Shown here piece by piece: positions 24,198-36,070 of a stretch of 64,000 nt of DNA. The position numbers were made by a program, and so were the translations under genes. This DNA comes from Mytilus californianus. Its lineage: Eukaryota. The stretch's first letter is position 1. Every line of letters begins with the position of its first letter. Under the pieces are notes generated by a model. The model ran no database searches. It saw only the letters and a program-made list of their open reading frames with translations, and was not told the origin of the DNA. The stretch lies in assembly GCF_021869535.1 (NCBI RefSeq), contig NW_026262690.1:79112001-79176000 (forward strand). Direction: 5' to 3'.

Positions 24198-24359
24198 AGA
24201 TTCCACCACCAAATCTCGTGTAATACGATATTTATCCACTCTCGACAGTTAAATTTTAAATATTTAAAACGCTCGGCAAGCCTCGCGTTTTAAATTAGAA
24301 AATTCAACTGTCTCGAGTGGATAAATATCGTATCACACTCGATGCAGTGGTAGAATCTA
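24198..24359. repeat. Long imperfect inverted repeat (75-bp arms, loop TCGGCAAGCCTC), probably the end of a non-autonomous DNA element starting near 23990
   Basis: 24198-24272 is the approximate reverse complement of 24285-24359. Confidence 0.8.
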
Positions 24360-24569
24360 TATTTATCATGCAGTGAATACAAAATTCTCAAAAATTCATT
24401 TTCATCTGTATGTAAAATTCATATTTTTCTGCACCTGATGGATCCCTCAGATATGGAAAAATATGTTCAGTAGATGTTTTATTGTTTTGTCTAATCACAG
24501 TGTTCAGATAAGTTGACCTAAGTCAAAAGAGTAACCTAATTGCTGGAAAGTAAATACTAACGTGACACC

Positions 24570-24790
24570 TTGAACGGGTTCCACAAATGAAGCAGGATCT
24601 GCCTACCCTTCTGAAGCACCTGAGATCACCCGCGGTTTTCTGTGGGGTTCGTACTACTCAGTCTTAAGTTTTCTATGTTCTGTTTTGCGTACTGTTGTTT
24701 GTCGTTTCGTCGTTTTCTCGTATTTTCCATGGCATTGTCAGTTTGTTCTCGACTTCTGAGTTTGAATGTCTTTTTGGTATCTTTTACCTA
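24570..24790 (+). mobile_element. SINE-like repeat (GGAGCAGGATCTGCTTACCCTT ... CCATGGCGTTGTCAGTTT ... GAGTTTGAATGTC family)
   Basis: Related full or partial copies at ~12005-12142, 13375-13475, 16900-17050 (-), 38825-38995, 40585-40660 (-). Confidence 0.7.
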
Positions 24791-25372
24791 TCTACTGCAA
24801 ATGTATCTTCTCTCTTTTTATTTAGAGGGTGTCACTTGAGTTTTTTTCACCAATCATTTTTAATGGGAATGTTCACAGGACCAGAGAAAAGTGTAGATTG
24901 TAGATTCGCCATGCATAAATCGGCCTATCAAACTACAATGTCTGTTGAAAGATAATGCGCAAGGAATGACAAAAGTTATTAGGATTTTATATTACTTAGT
25001 TAGGGTATATAAAATCATCGACCTCGCTTGAGTTCAAGTGAGAATTCGAATAACACTTCGAGTCAGAGTTTTAGTTAAGCTACAACTTCACTTCCAGTTC
25101 GGGTTATTCTTCGAATGAAATTTTGAGTTCACTTCCAAGAAGCAAATAAAGAGTTCGAGTCAAGATTTAGTTATAGTTAAAAAAATTAGATACGGAAAGT
25201 TTGAAGTAAGGTAGGAACAGTACACCTTGTACTTTTTCATAAATTAGGAAAGAAGATAGCGATGCAAGTTAACAAAACCTTGGAAAAGTTCATATATAAA
25301 AGGGACCAAATACTTGAAACGTGGCTGGGACAAACACAATAGTTATCAAAGGTATCAGGCTTATAATTTGAT

Positions 25373-25416
25373 ACGCCAGACGCGCGTTTCGTCTACATAA
25401 GACTCATCAGTGACGC
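25373..25416 (-). ncRNA. Intact minimal type I hammerhead ribozyme motif (family 1)
   Basis: The - strand reads GCGTCA-CTGATGA-GTCT-TATGT-AGAC-GAAA-CGCGCG-TC-TGGCGT. Full catalytic core, 4-bp stem II, palindromic stem III ACGCGCGT, GUC cleavage triplet, 6-bp stem I. Confidence 0.8.
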
Positions 25417-25649
25417 TCAGATAAAAATAGTTGGAGGCCAAACAAGTATAAAGTTAAAGAGCACTAAAACCTACGCGAACACAGCATCTCAAATTAAAGC
25501 TGGAAGAATACGAAAGATTAAGAATGTCCTGTATTTCTAGTGTTTCCTGTCGTATTCCAAACAATAAGATTTCTTGAAACTTTATTTTTTTTAAATTCAT
25601 TCAGAATGTTAACATCTACCTACAGATCTCTGTGAGTTCTCAGACGTCC

Positions 25650-26358
25650 CCTTAATGGGACAAACATTCAAATTTGTCTTCCAATAAAGTTTTCGCCAAC
25701 TTTGAGTTAATATATACAAATAAGTCACCATGGCATCTTTATGTTTTTAGTAAAGCAAAAAGGGAAAAAAAGAAATAGCAAATAATGAACAAAAATAAGC
25801 AGTAATTTTGGCCGAAATTTGTCAAAATAAGCCCAAAAACATCGCTGATGTATTAATGATTTGCAAGTGAATAATTCGACCTCATGTGAATTTCAATTCA
25901 ACCCATTAGCTAGAGATGGGTTACGCATGTACTATGCATGTTCAGCTATTAAAAAGAAAAAAATGTCAATATTGAAAGTGAAACAAGGGTGAATCATTTC
26001 GATGACTGATTCAATCCACAAAAAAATTATACAGATAAAACGATGATAAAGTTATTTTTTTAACCTATACAATGAAATCAAACAGACCTGGAAAAATCCA
26101 ATTGCACGTGGTCGCTATCTATTTATAGTCATTTTTATGTTTATATCGGGTTATATGACCGTCGGCAGTCTTCGAAGGTCATCTCGATGGTTAATTAGAT
26201 GGCGTCTAGACTAAAATACATACGAAAGGCTGATATATATTATCGAGTCCATGCATTGACTTATTGTAATTTGGATATATGTTTTAGTATGTCATAAATC
26301 AAATATGAGAATTTGAGTCAAATCGGTGAACATGAATTTGACAGCTAATGCCCCTTTT
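25650..26358 (-). mobile_element. Probable truncated Kolobok-type non-autonomous element at the junction of the two duplication units
   Basis: Ends GACAGCTAATGCCCCTTTTA, resembling an AGGGGCACTAGCT-type terminus next to a TTAA-like site. The other terminus was not found, and the left boundary is approximate. Confidence 0.35.
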
Positions 26359-27044
26359 AGGTTGAATAAGGGCTACAAACACCATTTAGAATTTGATCAA
26401 AAACCCCTGAAATGAATGTCTACATAAGTAAGTTTGTGATTGAAGCAACACCGAGTTATATAGTCGAATCAGTGCATTCAGCTGGCAAAACATAGGTTTA
26501 TTGTTGATATCTATGGCTTGATATATGAATACTAATAATAACACATAATGAAGTATATATACATTTTTAATTATTGATAACTATCGTGAAATTTTTAAAG
26601 CATCATTTTAAAAATGAGATTAAACATTATACATTGTTATATTCAATTTTTACATTTGTTATATATTCATATAAGTATTTTGAAAATAAAATAAATAAAA
26701 TAATTGTGAATGTCTCACTTTATATTGAATAAATTTGCATGAACACATGCGTTCACCCAGGTTTTTGACTTTGGTTAGGTTCTTGTTTCTCAATCCATAG
26801 TTTTCTTTATATTCGTCTGTTGTTTGTTTTTATTGTCTTAGACATGTTGGTTGCCCTCTTGAATTTTTTTTCACCTTTATGTCTTCTAAATTTCTACTTT
26901 CTCCTCTGGCTATTATAGTATCCTATTCTCACTTGTGTTTTTCATTGGCTGCTTGATATCTTTAAGTATACTAAATAACCCAAAATGAAGGTTTACATTT
27001 TTATATACTATATTTTGAACATTTCGAAAATGCCTCTCTTGTAT

Positions 27045-27402
27045 GAATGTTATGAATGTTCTTGCTTGTGTTTGTGCTGTATTTCTGTCTCGTTGTGTTT
27101 TAGCGATATATTTTAACATTGTCATAAAGTGGGAGGTTTGGCATGCCATGAAACGAGGTTCAACCCACCATTTTTTCTTAAAATGTCCTGTACCAAGTCA
27201 GGAATATGGCAGTTGTTATCAAATAGTTCGTTTCTACGTGTGTTAATGTTTGTTTTTGTTGCACTTCGGTGTTCCTGTTGTTCATTTGTTTTCCTCTTAT
27301 AGTTGATGTGTTTCCCTCGGGTTTGGTTTGTAACCCGGATTTGTTTTCTCTTAATCGATTTATGACTTTTGAACACCGGTATACTACTGTTGCCTTTATT
27401 TG
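27045..27402 (+). mobile_element. Solo 3' tail of the Penelope-like RT element
   Basis: Nearly identical to 35205-35561, ending CTACTGTTGCCTTTATT. Absent at the paralogous site in unit 1. TGTAT occurs at both junctions. Confidence 0.8.
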
Positions 27403-27686
27403 TATTGGTAAAACACCCAGTTTGACCATATCAGTTCTCATGGTACCAGGTTTTTGTTGTTGGAATTAAAATGACGCGTTTAAAATTACTTAAGGTTGAA
27501 TAATATACCGAATATTTGGTTTTTTGAAAGGCTTTAAAAATGAAGGTCGAAAAAACGTCCCTTTTGCCTTTTCCTATTCAGTCGCTTATAATACACTTGT
27601 TATGATAGAGACGTCCTGAAATAAAACCAACTCGATTCCTTCATAAAACAGTTCAATTTTAATATATGTAAGTATAAAAAAAATAA

Positions 27687-28063
27687 GGATGTTCGCTACT
27701 CTAATTTTTGAATTTATTTCAGATATTCGGAATCCTCTAGTTTTATCCATGTAATGCCAATAAAAAAAATTGCTACTACTTTTCTTTTCCCAATTTCATC
27801 ACATATAGTTTAAAAAGTCATTTTAGAAAATCATGTAAAATCCTTGTTATTTTTCATAATATTTGAAAGAAAAAGGGAGCCAATGTTAATGCATGAAAAT
27901 CTAGAGTGAATCATTTCCCGCAAAATTTTAATTGATTATATCTCAAAAACAAGGAAACGGACTTTTATTTTTTCTGCATTTTTAGTTCCATTATTTATAT
28001 ACTATCAATTTATTAACCATTTTAAAGGGCTTGTTTTTTTTTTAAACAGAGGAGCGAACATCC
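27687..28063. mobile_element. MITE with TTAA target site (Kolobok/piggyBac-type)
   Basis: TIRs GGATGTTCGCT(A/C)CTCT at both ends, flanked by ATAA and TTAA. The paralogous empty site at ~19628 has a single TTAA. Confidence 0.8.
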
Positions 28064-28144
28064 TTAACAACACAAAAATGATATTATAACTATTTTTCAA
28101 GTTATGTTTCACCTACTGCAGTTTAAATTAAACTCTAAGTGTAC

Positions 28145-28450
28145 TATATAGATAAGAAGATGTGGTATGAGTGCCGATGAGACAACTCTCCATCCAAGTC
28201 ACAATGTATAAAAAGTTAGCAATTATAGGTCAAAGTACGGCCTTCAACACGGAGCCTTGGCTCACACCGAACAGCAAGCTATAGAGGGCCCCAAAATGAA
28301 TAGTGTAAAACAATTCAAACAAGAAAACCAACGGTCTAATCTATATAAAAAACGAGAAACGAGATACACCAACAAACGACAACCACTGAACAACAGGCTC
28401 CTGACTTAGGACAGGTGCATAAAAGTGAAGCGAGTTTAAACGTTTTAACA
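28145..28450 (+). mobile_element. SINE-like repeat (AAGAAGATGTGGTATGATTGCCAATGAGACAACTCTCCA family)
   Basis: Other copies at ~5815-5900, 7425-7590 (-), 30440-30630 (-), 39665-39720 (-), 43070-43560, 45990-46070, 60080-60170. Confidence 0.75.
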
Positions 28451-31400
28451 GGCTCCAATTCTATCATTAAAATTCAATTAATTTGAATAAGGCTGCCCTT
28501 ATATCAAAACATAATTTATCATATATATTTCAAAATGGAAAATAGATTTTTAGTTTGACAAGGATGTAATTAAAATGATTCAATTTTAAATTGTTTGAGG
28601 TATCAAATTTAGTGTATTCTATGTAAAAAGTCAGTTGATATGCTTTTTGATTTTTTTTACAAATGATATAATATGATCATTACATAAAGGAGCTTTATCC
28701 TGAATTGTTTAGGTTCCTCATCTGAAATACCAAGATCTTAGAGTACTTATAATTAAAAAGCGCTAAAATATACCTCTTGAAAAGAAAACAATATACTTTT
28801 TTTTTCTAAATTACTCAGCCAAGTTTTACTGAGTAAACTAGACAAAATATCATTTGGTATGAAAATAAGCACAAACTATTCGATGGATACGTGAATATAT
28901 ATATATATTTATATTTCTAAAAGTGCTTTAAAAATCTGAATTTTTGCGCTAAAGTGCCCGTTGTGTAACTAGCACCCTTCTGCCCTGAGATTTAAGCTAG
29001 AACACTGCTAGTCCATATAATGTGGGAAGTTCTGACCTGTTGGTTCTGCTTTGTTTAAAAAATCAAGGGATCCAAACAATTCAGGATAGAGCTCTTTTTA
29101 AAATACAATAGGCTTTGGCAATGATCTTGTTGTACTATTTGAAAAGAAAAGTGTACATTTCCGGATTTTTACTTCTTGTAGTAAACAAACATATATCATA
29201 CCGGCAATGGACATTTAAACAATATGACAGGACATTAGAGCGATAAAAAAGGAATTTTGAGCGCCAAAGTATAGTACATTTAGGCGAAAATAAAAAATAA
29301 GCATAGGATATTTGAATGAAAAAAAATTCGAATGATGAAGGAGTACCTATACCGTTCTCCAGATATATTATGTTAGCCCATACTACCACGTTTAAACATC
29401 TTTTAATTGTAAAAACAACATAGCACTTTCATAAAACTTTAAACGCAACAATGACATTATTTGTACCAGTATCAAGCGCGAAGGAACATTTCACTCAATA
29501 AATATGAGAAATTTAGAACAAAGACAATTTGCATAACCAATAAATTAAAGTAAAATTGATTGATAAGTAGAGATACATTCAGGACTACACTTCCATTAAC
29601 CAGTCAGAAACGGTCGAATTACTTGGGTGTTAAATCAGATAAAATATTTTTATATTAAACAGTTGCTCTTTTTTCTTACTTTTTAAGAATTATTTTCTTA
29701 ATTCATATAAAAGTATCACAGGAAATTTCGGTCACTCTTCCTATTTGAAAATCCAGGCAAAGGTTAATATTCCGACGCTAAACTGTCCTATGATGTCGGT
29801 GCTCAAATGACCCTATGTGCATTTTTTATTTTCGTTTTTGCAAAATTAATTTCCCTCGTAAAATATATTTGAATATATGAATTTTGTCATCATTATATAC
29901 GATAAAATATAGTTTCATACAAGGAACAATTCATGCAAATACGTATTCATTGAGTTTCATATAAAAGTTAACTAGTTTTAGTAAAAATCTACACCTATAC
30001 TTTTGAAATCCGGAACTGTTAACGAGACACAAAGTAAAAAGTAGGTATATTTTATCCGTGTGTTTGTGTTGTGAAATTTTACATGGATTAAATTTAAACT
30101 ACTGAATACGCAATGATTTGTTTTGTATCTGTAAGCAACCAAATATGTTGTAGAGGTAAGTGAATATTATTTTCGGTGATACATTTCTTAAAAATTCTTT
30201 AAAAAAGATACTGTATATTTTTCAAGCGCCGCTTCGGCATTAAAATACAGATATTGTTTTATTGGAATTTGATGTTTTGAAATTGTTGAAATTATTTATA
30301 TTATGAATGGTTGTATCTCCCTCATGCATATCTCTGATTCATTGTCCAGGTTTGACTATACTTTTGGTATTTTTTTTATATCAGCTCTTCAACGTTTGTA
30401 TTAGGATTGGGATTTTCAAACATCTTAGCCGTACGGTTGCCTATAATTGCTTACATTCACTTCATTTGAACTTTGGTCGATAGTTGTCTCATTCGCAATC
30501 TCCTTATCTTTATATTTGAGTATCGATCGAGAGACATTAATTGTCAAAATACAACCAATCCAGTAAAATTGGTATAGTGTGAAGAGTTGTCTCATTGGCA
30601 ATCATACCACATCTTCTTTTTTATAGTTAATATTCTTTCTTTTTTCCAACTAAAAAAAACCTGACCCCACGAGTATTGATTTGCTCAAGTGGGTGTACTT
30701 TACCTTGACAACAGGAAATTATTAAAAAATACACAAAACTGTACCGTTTTTATTCACTATGAGTTAAAGTACGAAAATACCAAACGGTGAACCAAAAACT
30801 ATAAGCCAAAGTAGGTTTATAAAAGGGAGAAGATACCAAGTGGTAATAAAAATGCCTCAGTCAAACAACTGGAAGCTTGCTCTCCTTTTTGCAAACAACA
30901 AGAATATTTGTGTTAAAACCGTGTGTGTTATTATCTTGTTTTGGCAATCATTATGACTGGACCTATTTTCGGTTCATCCATGAAAGTTTTCAAGATAATA
31001 AGTTGAAAGAAAAAAGGTTAAAATTGCGATTTAGGAGCAACATCATTTGTTAGGAGTCGGTTTACGATTTCATTCAATTGACTTGTAAGTAGACAGTGTG
31101 GTGCTGATAATTTTAGCTGTTCAAAGTTTCAGACTATCCTTAATAGCTTTGAAGATACCGGGTAAAACACTCCAATGGCCCGAATTTAACAGTTTCGGCT
31201 AGTTACTTCTATATGGAGTCGCCTGGCGATTTCAATATTGCTTTTTATTATTTTTTTTTGTGTCGAACCAATTTTGATAATTATTTCTGCTATAAACAAA
31301 TTTGACCTTAGATTGATTCGGGTACAAGTATTCATTTTATATCTCTTTTGATCCTATAGTGCTTAAAGTTTCTCCTTCTTTGTGCATCCCAGATTATGTT

Positions 31401-31473
31401 TAGGTTTTGGCGTTCCTGGTGAAGGAGAGTTAAGAAAAGCTGTAACAAAAATACTGAGCTAAAAGGAAAATTC

Positions 31474-33004
31474 AAACTATACTCGAAAGAGCCTTTGTCG
31501 CCCACCTGTAACTTCAACAATGGCTACTTTTTAGTAAAAATCATCATTAAAGGGGAATAACTCTAATAAGAGTTAACTGACTATTTCAATCATTTTCACA
31601 AATTTAAAGATCTTACCATGCTATTGAAGGTGAATGGGGATTTTAATTAAAATCCATAGAATTTTTTAATAAGTTGTCAAAATGTAGTTTTTATCATGCT
31701 TTTTTCAAAAATATAATAAAAATTATGAGTCACCGGACTTTTTCATGCTACAGGTTGTGCAAAATCGTCAGATTTTGTATAGATTATGCATGGAAAATCC
31801 AATTTTGTGTGATAAAAAGAAAACTACACCATAGAATTTTAAGATAAAATGTGAGAAGATAGCTCTTATAACATGCTTTCAGATAAGAAAAAATTAAAAA
31901 AATGCGATCACCGGACTTGTTTTCTTGCTACATATTAAAATAATCGAATTCAAAACACTTTCTATTATAAAAATTACTTTATCTGAGTTATCTCCCCTAT
32001 TATCTGAGTTTTCTCCCCTTATGTGGCAAAGTTTTTAAATAATGAATCAAACAAATATATTGTGGTTTTTTTTATAAAAAATACAGCCGTAAATATGATA
32101 AACACATAATTTTCTATATTAACATGAAAAGTCTTACACATAAATTACATACTACATTAAAAATCTAGACCAATTGTTAACTGCTACTTCAAAATCCAAC
32201 ATGGAGGAAGACACCCCAGCCAACTTAAACTTTCTATCGATTACATTTTTCAAAATAATAGGCAACACTGTGAACAATGTAGAAAATAATTAGTAAAGGG
32301 CAATAACTTCAATGAGGAATCGACTAAAGATTTCGATCATGTTGTCGAATTTGTAGAAATAGTCTTGCTGATAATTTTTGCTTTTAAAGTTTTTATCTAT
32401 CAATAATAAATTTTAAGATATTAGGCAATAACGCAAAAAAACGTCATTAAAGGACAATAACTCTAATAAGGAGTCGTCTTGCAATTTTGGTCATGATAAC
32501 TTGTATGTAGCTCTTGTCATGCTGATCATTGTTGCACATTAAAGTTTATGTCTTTCTATTATAATTTTCAAGATAATAGGCAAACAAATTTTAAATGGTA
32601 AAATTTGTCATTTAAGGGCATTAACTCCTACAAGGAGTCGTCTAACAAAGTTTTGACATAGACGGACAATATGTAAAGCTCAACCTTTTGGACATATTTG
32701 GCCTTGTCATATTTTCTCTATTAACAGCGGTTTTCAAATTAATAGGCAAAACTTGCATTTTACCCGTATGTTCTATTTTGAGTCATGTCGGCCATCATGG
32801 TTGACAGGCGGGGCCATCGGGCACATATTTAAAACAAGATACATCAATGATGCTTGAGTACTAGTTTAGTTAAATTTAACCATGTAGTTTCAGAGGAAAA
32901 GATTTTTTGTAAAAGTTAACGGACGACGACGGGCAACAACGACGGATGACGCACGCCAAGTGATGAGAAAAGCTCACTTGGTCTTTCGGCCATGTAAGCA
33001 AAAA
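31474..33004 (-). mobile_element. Degenerate HINE-like element with internal AAAGGGCAATAACTC-containing tandem units
   Basis: Begins AAACTA...AGAGCCT(T/G)TGTCGC like the 33340 and 44168 copies. Ends with (GAC)n, CCAAGTGATGAGAAAAGCTCACTTGG and a hairpin. Probably contains a nested insertion at ~31610-32210. Confidence 0.65.
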
Positions 33005-33339
33005 ATGACTAGTCAACAAAAACTGACAAAATCGAACGCTATCAGTCAACGGAACCGGTGAAAACAACTGCAATATTCCTGACTTGGAGCAGGCATTTCC
33101 CGAAGAAAATGGTGGGTTCAAACTTGGTTTATAGCTAGCATAACCTCCCACTTTTATGGCAGTTTTTATAGTTCCGATTTATTGATAAAATTGGGTGAAT
33201 AACCCTAACAAACATAATTATTGGGATCCAGCAGCCAAAAACTGTGAGGGGTGGGGGGTTAACATACATCACAGACATACAGCACAACTGACAAAAAATT
33301 TCAAACAAACATTCAACTTAATCTAACCAAGACGCCAAC

Positions 33340-35706
33340 AAACTAAAGGCTCTAAAGAGCCTGTGTCGCTCACCTAGGTCTATGTGCATAGTCAACATTC
33401 GACTGTCTACAATATTGTAGACAAGAATAAAATTCATGACAATATTTCTTTGATGTTGATCTAGTATATTGCTGATAATTTTGTCTGTTAAGTTTCTCTC
33501 TATTTTCTTTAGTTTTTGCTGAAAACAAAAAAGAGGCTAAAAAATGCTCTTTTAAGGGCAATCACTCCTATAAAGAGTGACAGCCTACTGACTATATCCG
33601 TAAAATTTGACTTGTTTGTGGAACTTGCTTTGCTTATTTAAAGTTTTTATGTATCTATTATAATTTTTATCATATCAGGCAAAACGGAAAAAAAAAATGT
33701 TAAAAAAATCATTAAAGGGCAATGACTACGATAAGGAGTAGCCGGAAAATGTAGATCTTGTTTTGCTAATCATTTTTGCTTCTTTAAATTATATCAATCT
33801 GTTATAATTTTTAAGATACAAACCAAAAGCGCAAAAAATTGGGAAAAATTGTCATCAAAGGGCAATAACTTTAATTAGGAGCCTACTGACAATTTCAATA
33901 ATCATACTTATTCGTAGATCTTGTCTTGCTGATCATTTTTGCAACTTAAAGTTTCTCTTTATCTATTATAGTTTACTAGATAAAAGGCAAAAATGATAAA
34001 AAAAAAATGGTAAAATTTGTCTTTCAAGAGCAAAAACTCCTATAAAAAGTAGCCTAACAGTTTTGATGTCATAAACAATTGGTAGAGCTCAGCATTCTGA
34101 ACATTTTTGTTTTGTTAGCTTTTCTCCATTTATAACAGTTTTCAAAATAATAGACAAAACTTTCATTTTACCCCTATGTTTCATTTCTAACCATGTCGGT
34201 CATCTTGGTTGGCAAGCAGTGTATAGGACACTTTATATTTCAGTCAGTACTTGCATCTCATATATCCCAGTGAACTTGAAATTAAGGATAATACTGATAC
34301 AAGAAGGACTGCTTCATACCTTGATCTTTTCCTCAATATTGACACAGATGGACGACTTCACACTAAAATCTATGACAAACGGGATGATTTCAACTTCCAA
34401 ATTATCAATTTCCCATTTCTCAGCAGTAACATACCCTCTGCTCCGTCATATGGTGTTTACATATCTCAATTGATACGTTATGCTCGAGCATTTTCACACT
34501 ATACTGACTTCATACACAAGAGGGTGCTCCTTACGCAGAAACAACTGCTCCAACAGAGTTATGAGGAGGAAAGATTAAAAATGACACTCCGTAAATTTTA
34601 TGCACACCATCACGAATTGGTTGATCTATACGATGTGTCTGTGTCTAAACTAGCTAATGACATTTTTACCACGTCTTAGATTGTGGTCTAACATCTATGT
34701 CGTCTGTCTGCTAAGTACCGAACGTGACCTATTCCCGAATATGACTGTTATACCGAGTGTGAATAATGTTTTATGTCTTATTGTTTGTTGTCCAAATAAT
34801 TATAAAATTGCCTTTCAATACCATCATTATCATATTCCAGAATATGACTGTTATACCGAGTGTGAATGTGCATTGCTATACGACGTGTCTTGGTATTTTG
34901 TACATCCAACATTCATGTATCTATTATTGATGTTTGATGGTTTTGGTTGGATAATGTGTTATGTCTTATCGTTTGTAGTCCAAATAATTATAAAATATCC
35001 TTTCAATACCATCATTGTCATGAAAATTGATTGGACGAGTATTGTGAAAATAATTGTATAAAGTTCGAGATTGCATGTTAGTTACGTAAGCGCGTCATTG
35101 TTTGTGATATCCTGTGGTGTTTGTCGTTGATGGAATATGTTCGCTGTTGTTCTGCGGTTTGCATGTTGTGTCGACTATTACATTATTTATTTGTTCGTTT
35201 CTCTTTGATGAATGTTCTTGCGTGTGTTTGTGCTGTATTTCTGTCACGTAGTGTTGTCATTTTAGCGATATTTTTTAAGACTGTCACAAAGCGGGAGGTT
35301 TGGCTAGCCATTAAACCAGGTCCAACCCTCCATTTTTTCTTTAAATGTCTTGTACCAAGTCAGGAATATGGCAGTTGTTATCAAATAGTTCGTTTCTATG
35401 TATGTTAGCGTTTGTTTTTATTGCATTTCAGTGTTCCTGTTGTTCCTTTGTTTTCCTCTTATAGTTAATGTGTTTCCCTCGGTTTTAGTTTGTAGCCCGG
35501 ATTTGTTTTCCCTCAATCGATTTATGACTTTTGAACACCGGTATACTACTGTTGCCTTTATTTTTATACTAGATATCTCAATTATAATTGTGGCCCAGTT
35601 TAGTTAAATTTGGTCCTGTTGTTTCAGAGAAGATTTTTGTAAAAGTTTATGGACGATTACGACAGACGACGACGGACTACGCACACCAAGTGATGAGAAA
35701 AGGTGA
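33340..35706 (-). mobile_element. HINE-like element interrupted by the Penelope-like insertion
   Basis: Left part ends ...GGACACTTT (34234). Right part resumes TTTTTATACTAGATA (35561). Together they match the uninterrupted sequence in the 32800 and 45000 copies. Confidence 0.7.
34235..35561 (+). mobile_element. 5'-truncated Penelope-like retroelement: RT C-terminal part (open frame 34236-34679) plus 3' tail; Naiad-like arrangement
   Basis: YPSELEIKD...SYLDL...TKIYDKRDDFNF.I.NFPFLSSNIP...YGVYISQLIRYAR is the post-YxDD/thumb region of PLE reverse transcriptases. The ORF stops with no C-terminal GIY-YIG domain. Confidence 0.8.
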
Positions 35707-36070
35707 AAAAGATAGTAAATTTGACAATGACGCCAAGAAAGATTATACCAAATTATAATAAATCCAATGAAAACTAATCATTTAATTAAAAAATATACAC
35801 AACCTATTCGATAATTGATATGATAGATTCACAAATGGATAGATCTATACAAATAAATTGATCAACAATACTAAAAATACTGTGAGAACATATGTTTGGG
35901 TACCCATATCAGCGATATCATAAACCATTGTAGTTCAGACTTATTTTTAACCATATTGCATACTTTTTACTGCCACAGGACAAATGATATTTTGGGAAAT
36001 CTGAGGCTTAAGGTGCTAATGATATTTTTTTTTATTCATTTCGAAAACATACTGAAAGATAAGTTTTTTC

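Larger units (their letters stand above)
18375..25260. repeat. Segmental duplication unit 1 (7-TM gene A with flanks); unit 2 is ~26420-39668
   Basis: Colinear matches: 18430-18950 with 26480-26970; 19340-20220 with 27405-28920; 20362-23450 with 36071-38760; 24950-25260 with 39360-39668. Each unit has its own private TE insertions. Confidence 0.85.

Noticed and set aside
34657-35607. ORFs 34657..35061, 35121..35408 and 35398..35607, and their twins at 26913-27469
   Set aside because: They fall in the repeat's non-coding 3' tail; the hydrophobic translations reflect T-rich sequence.
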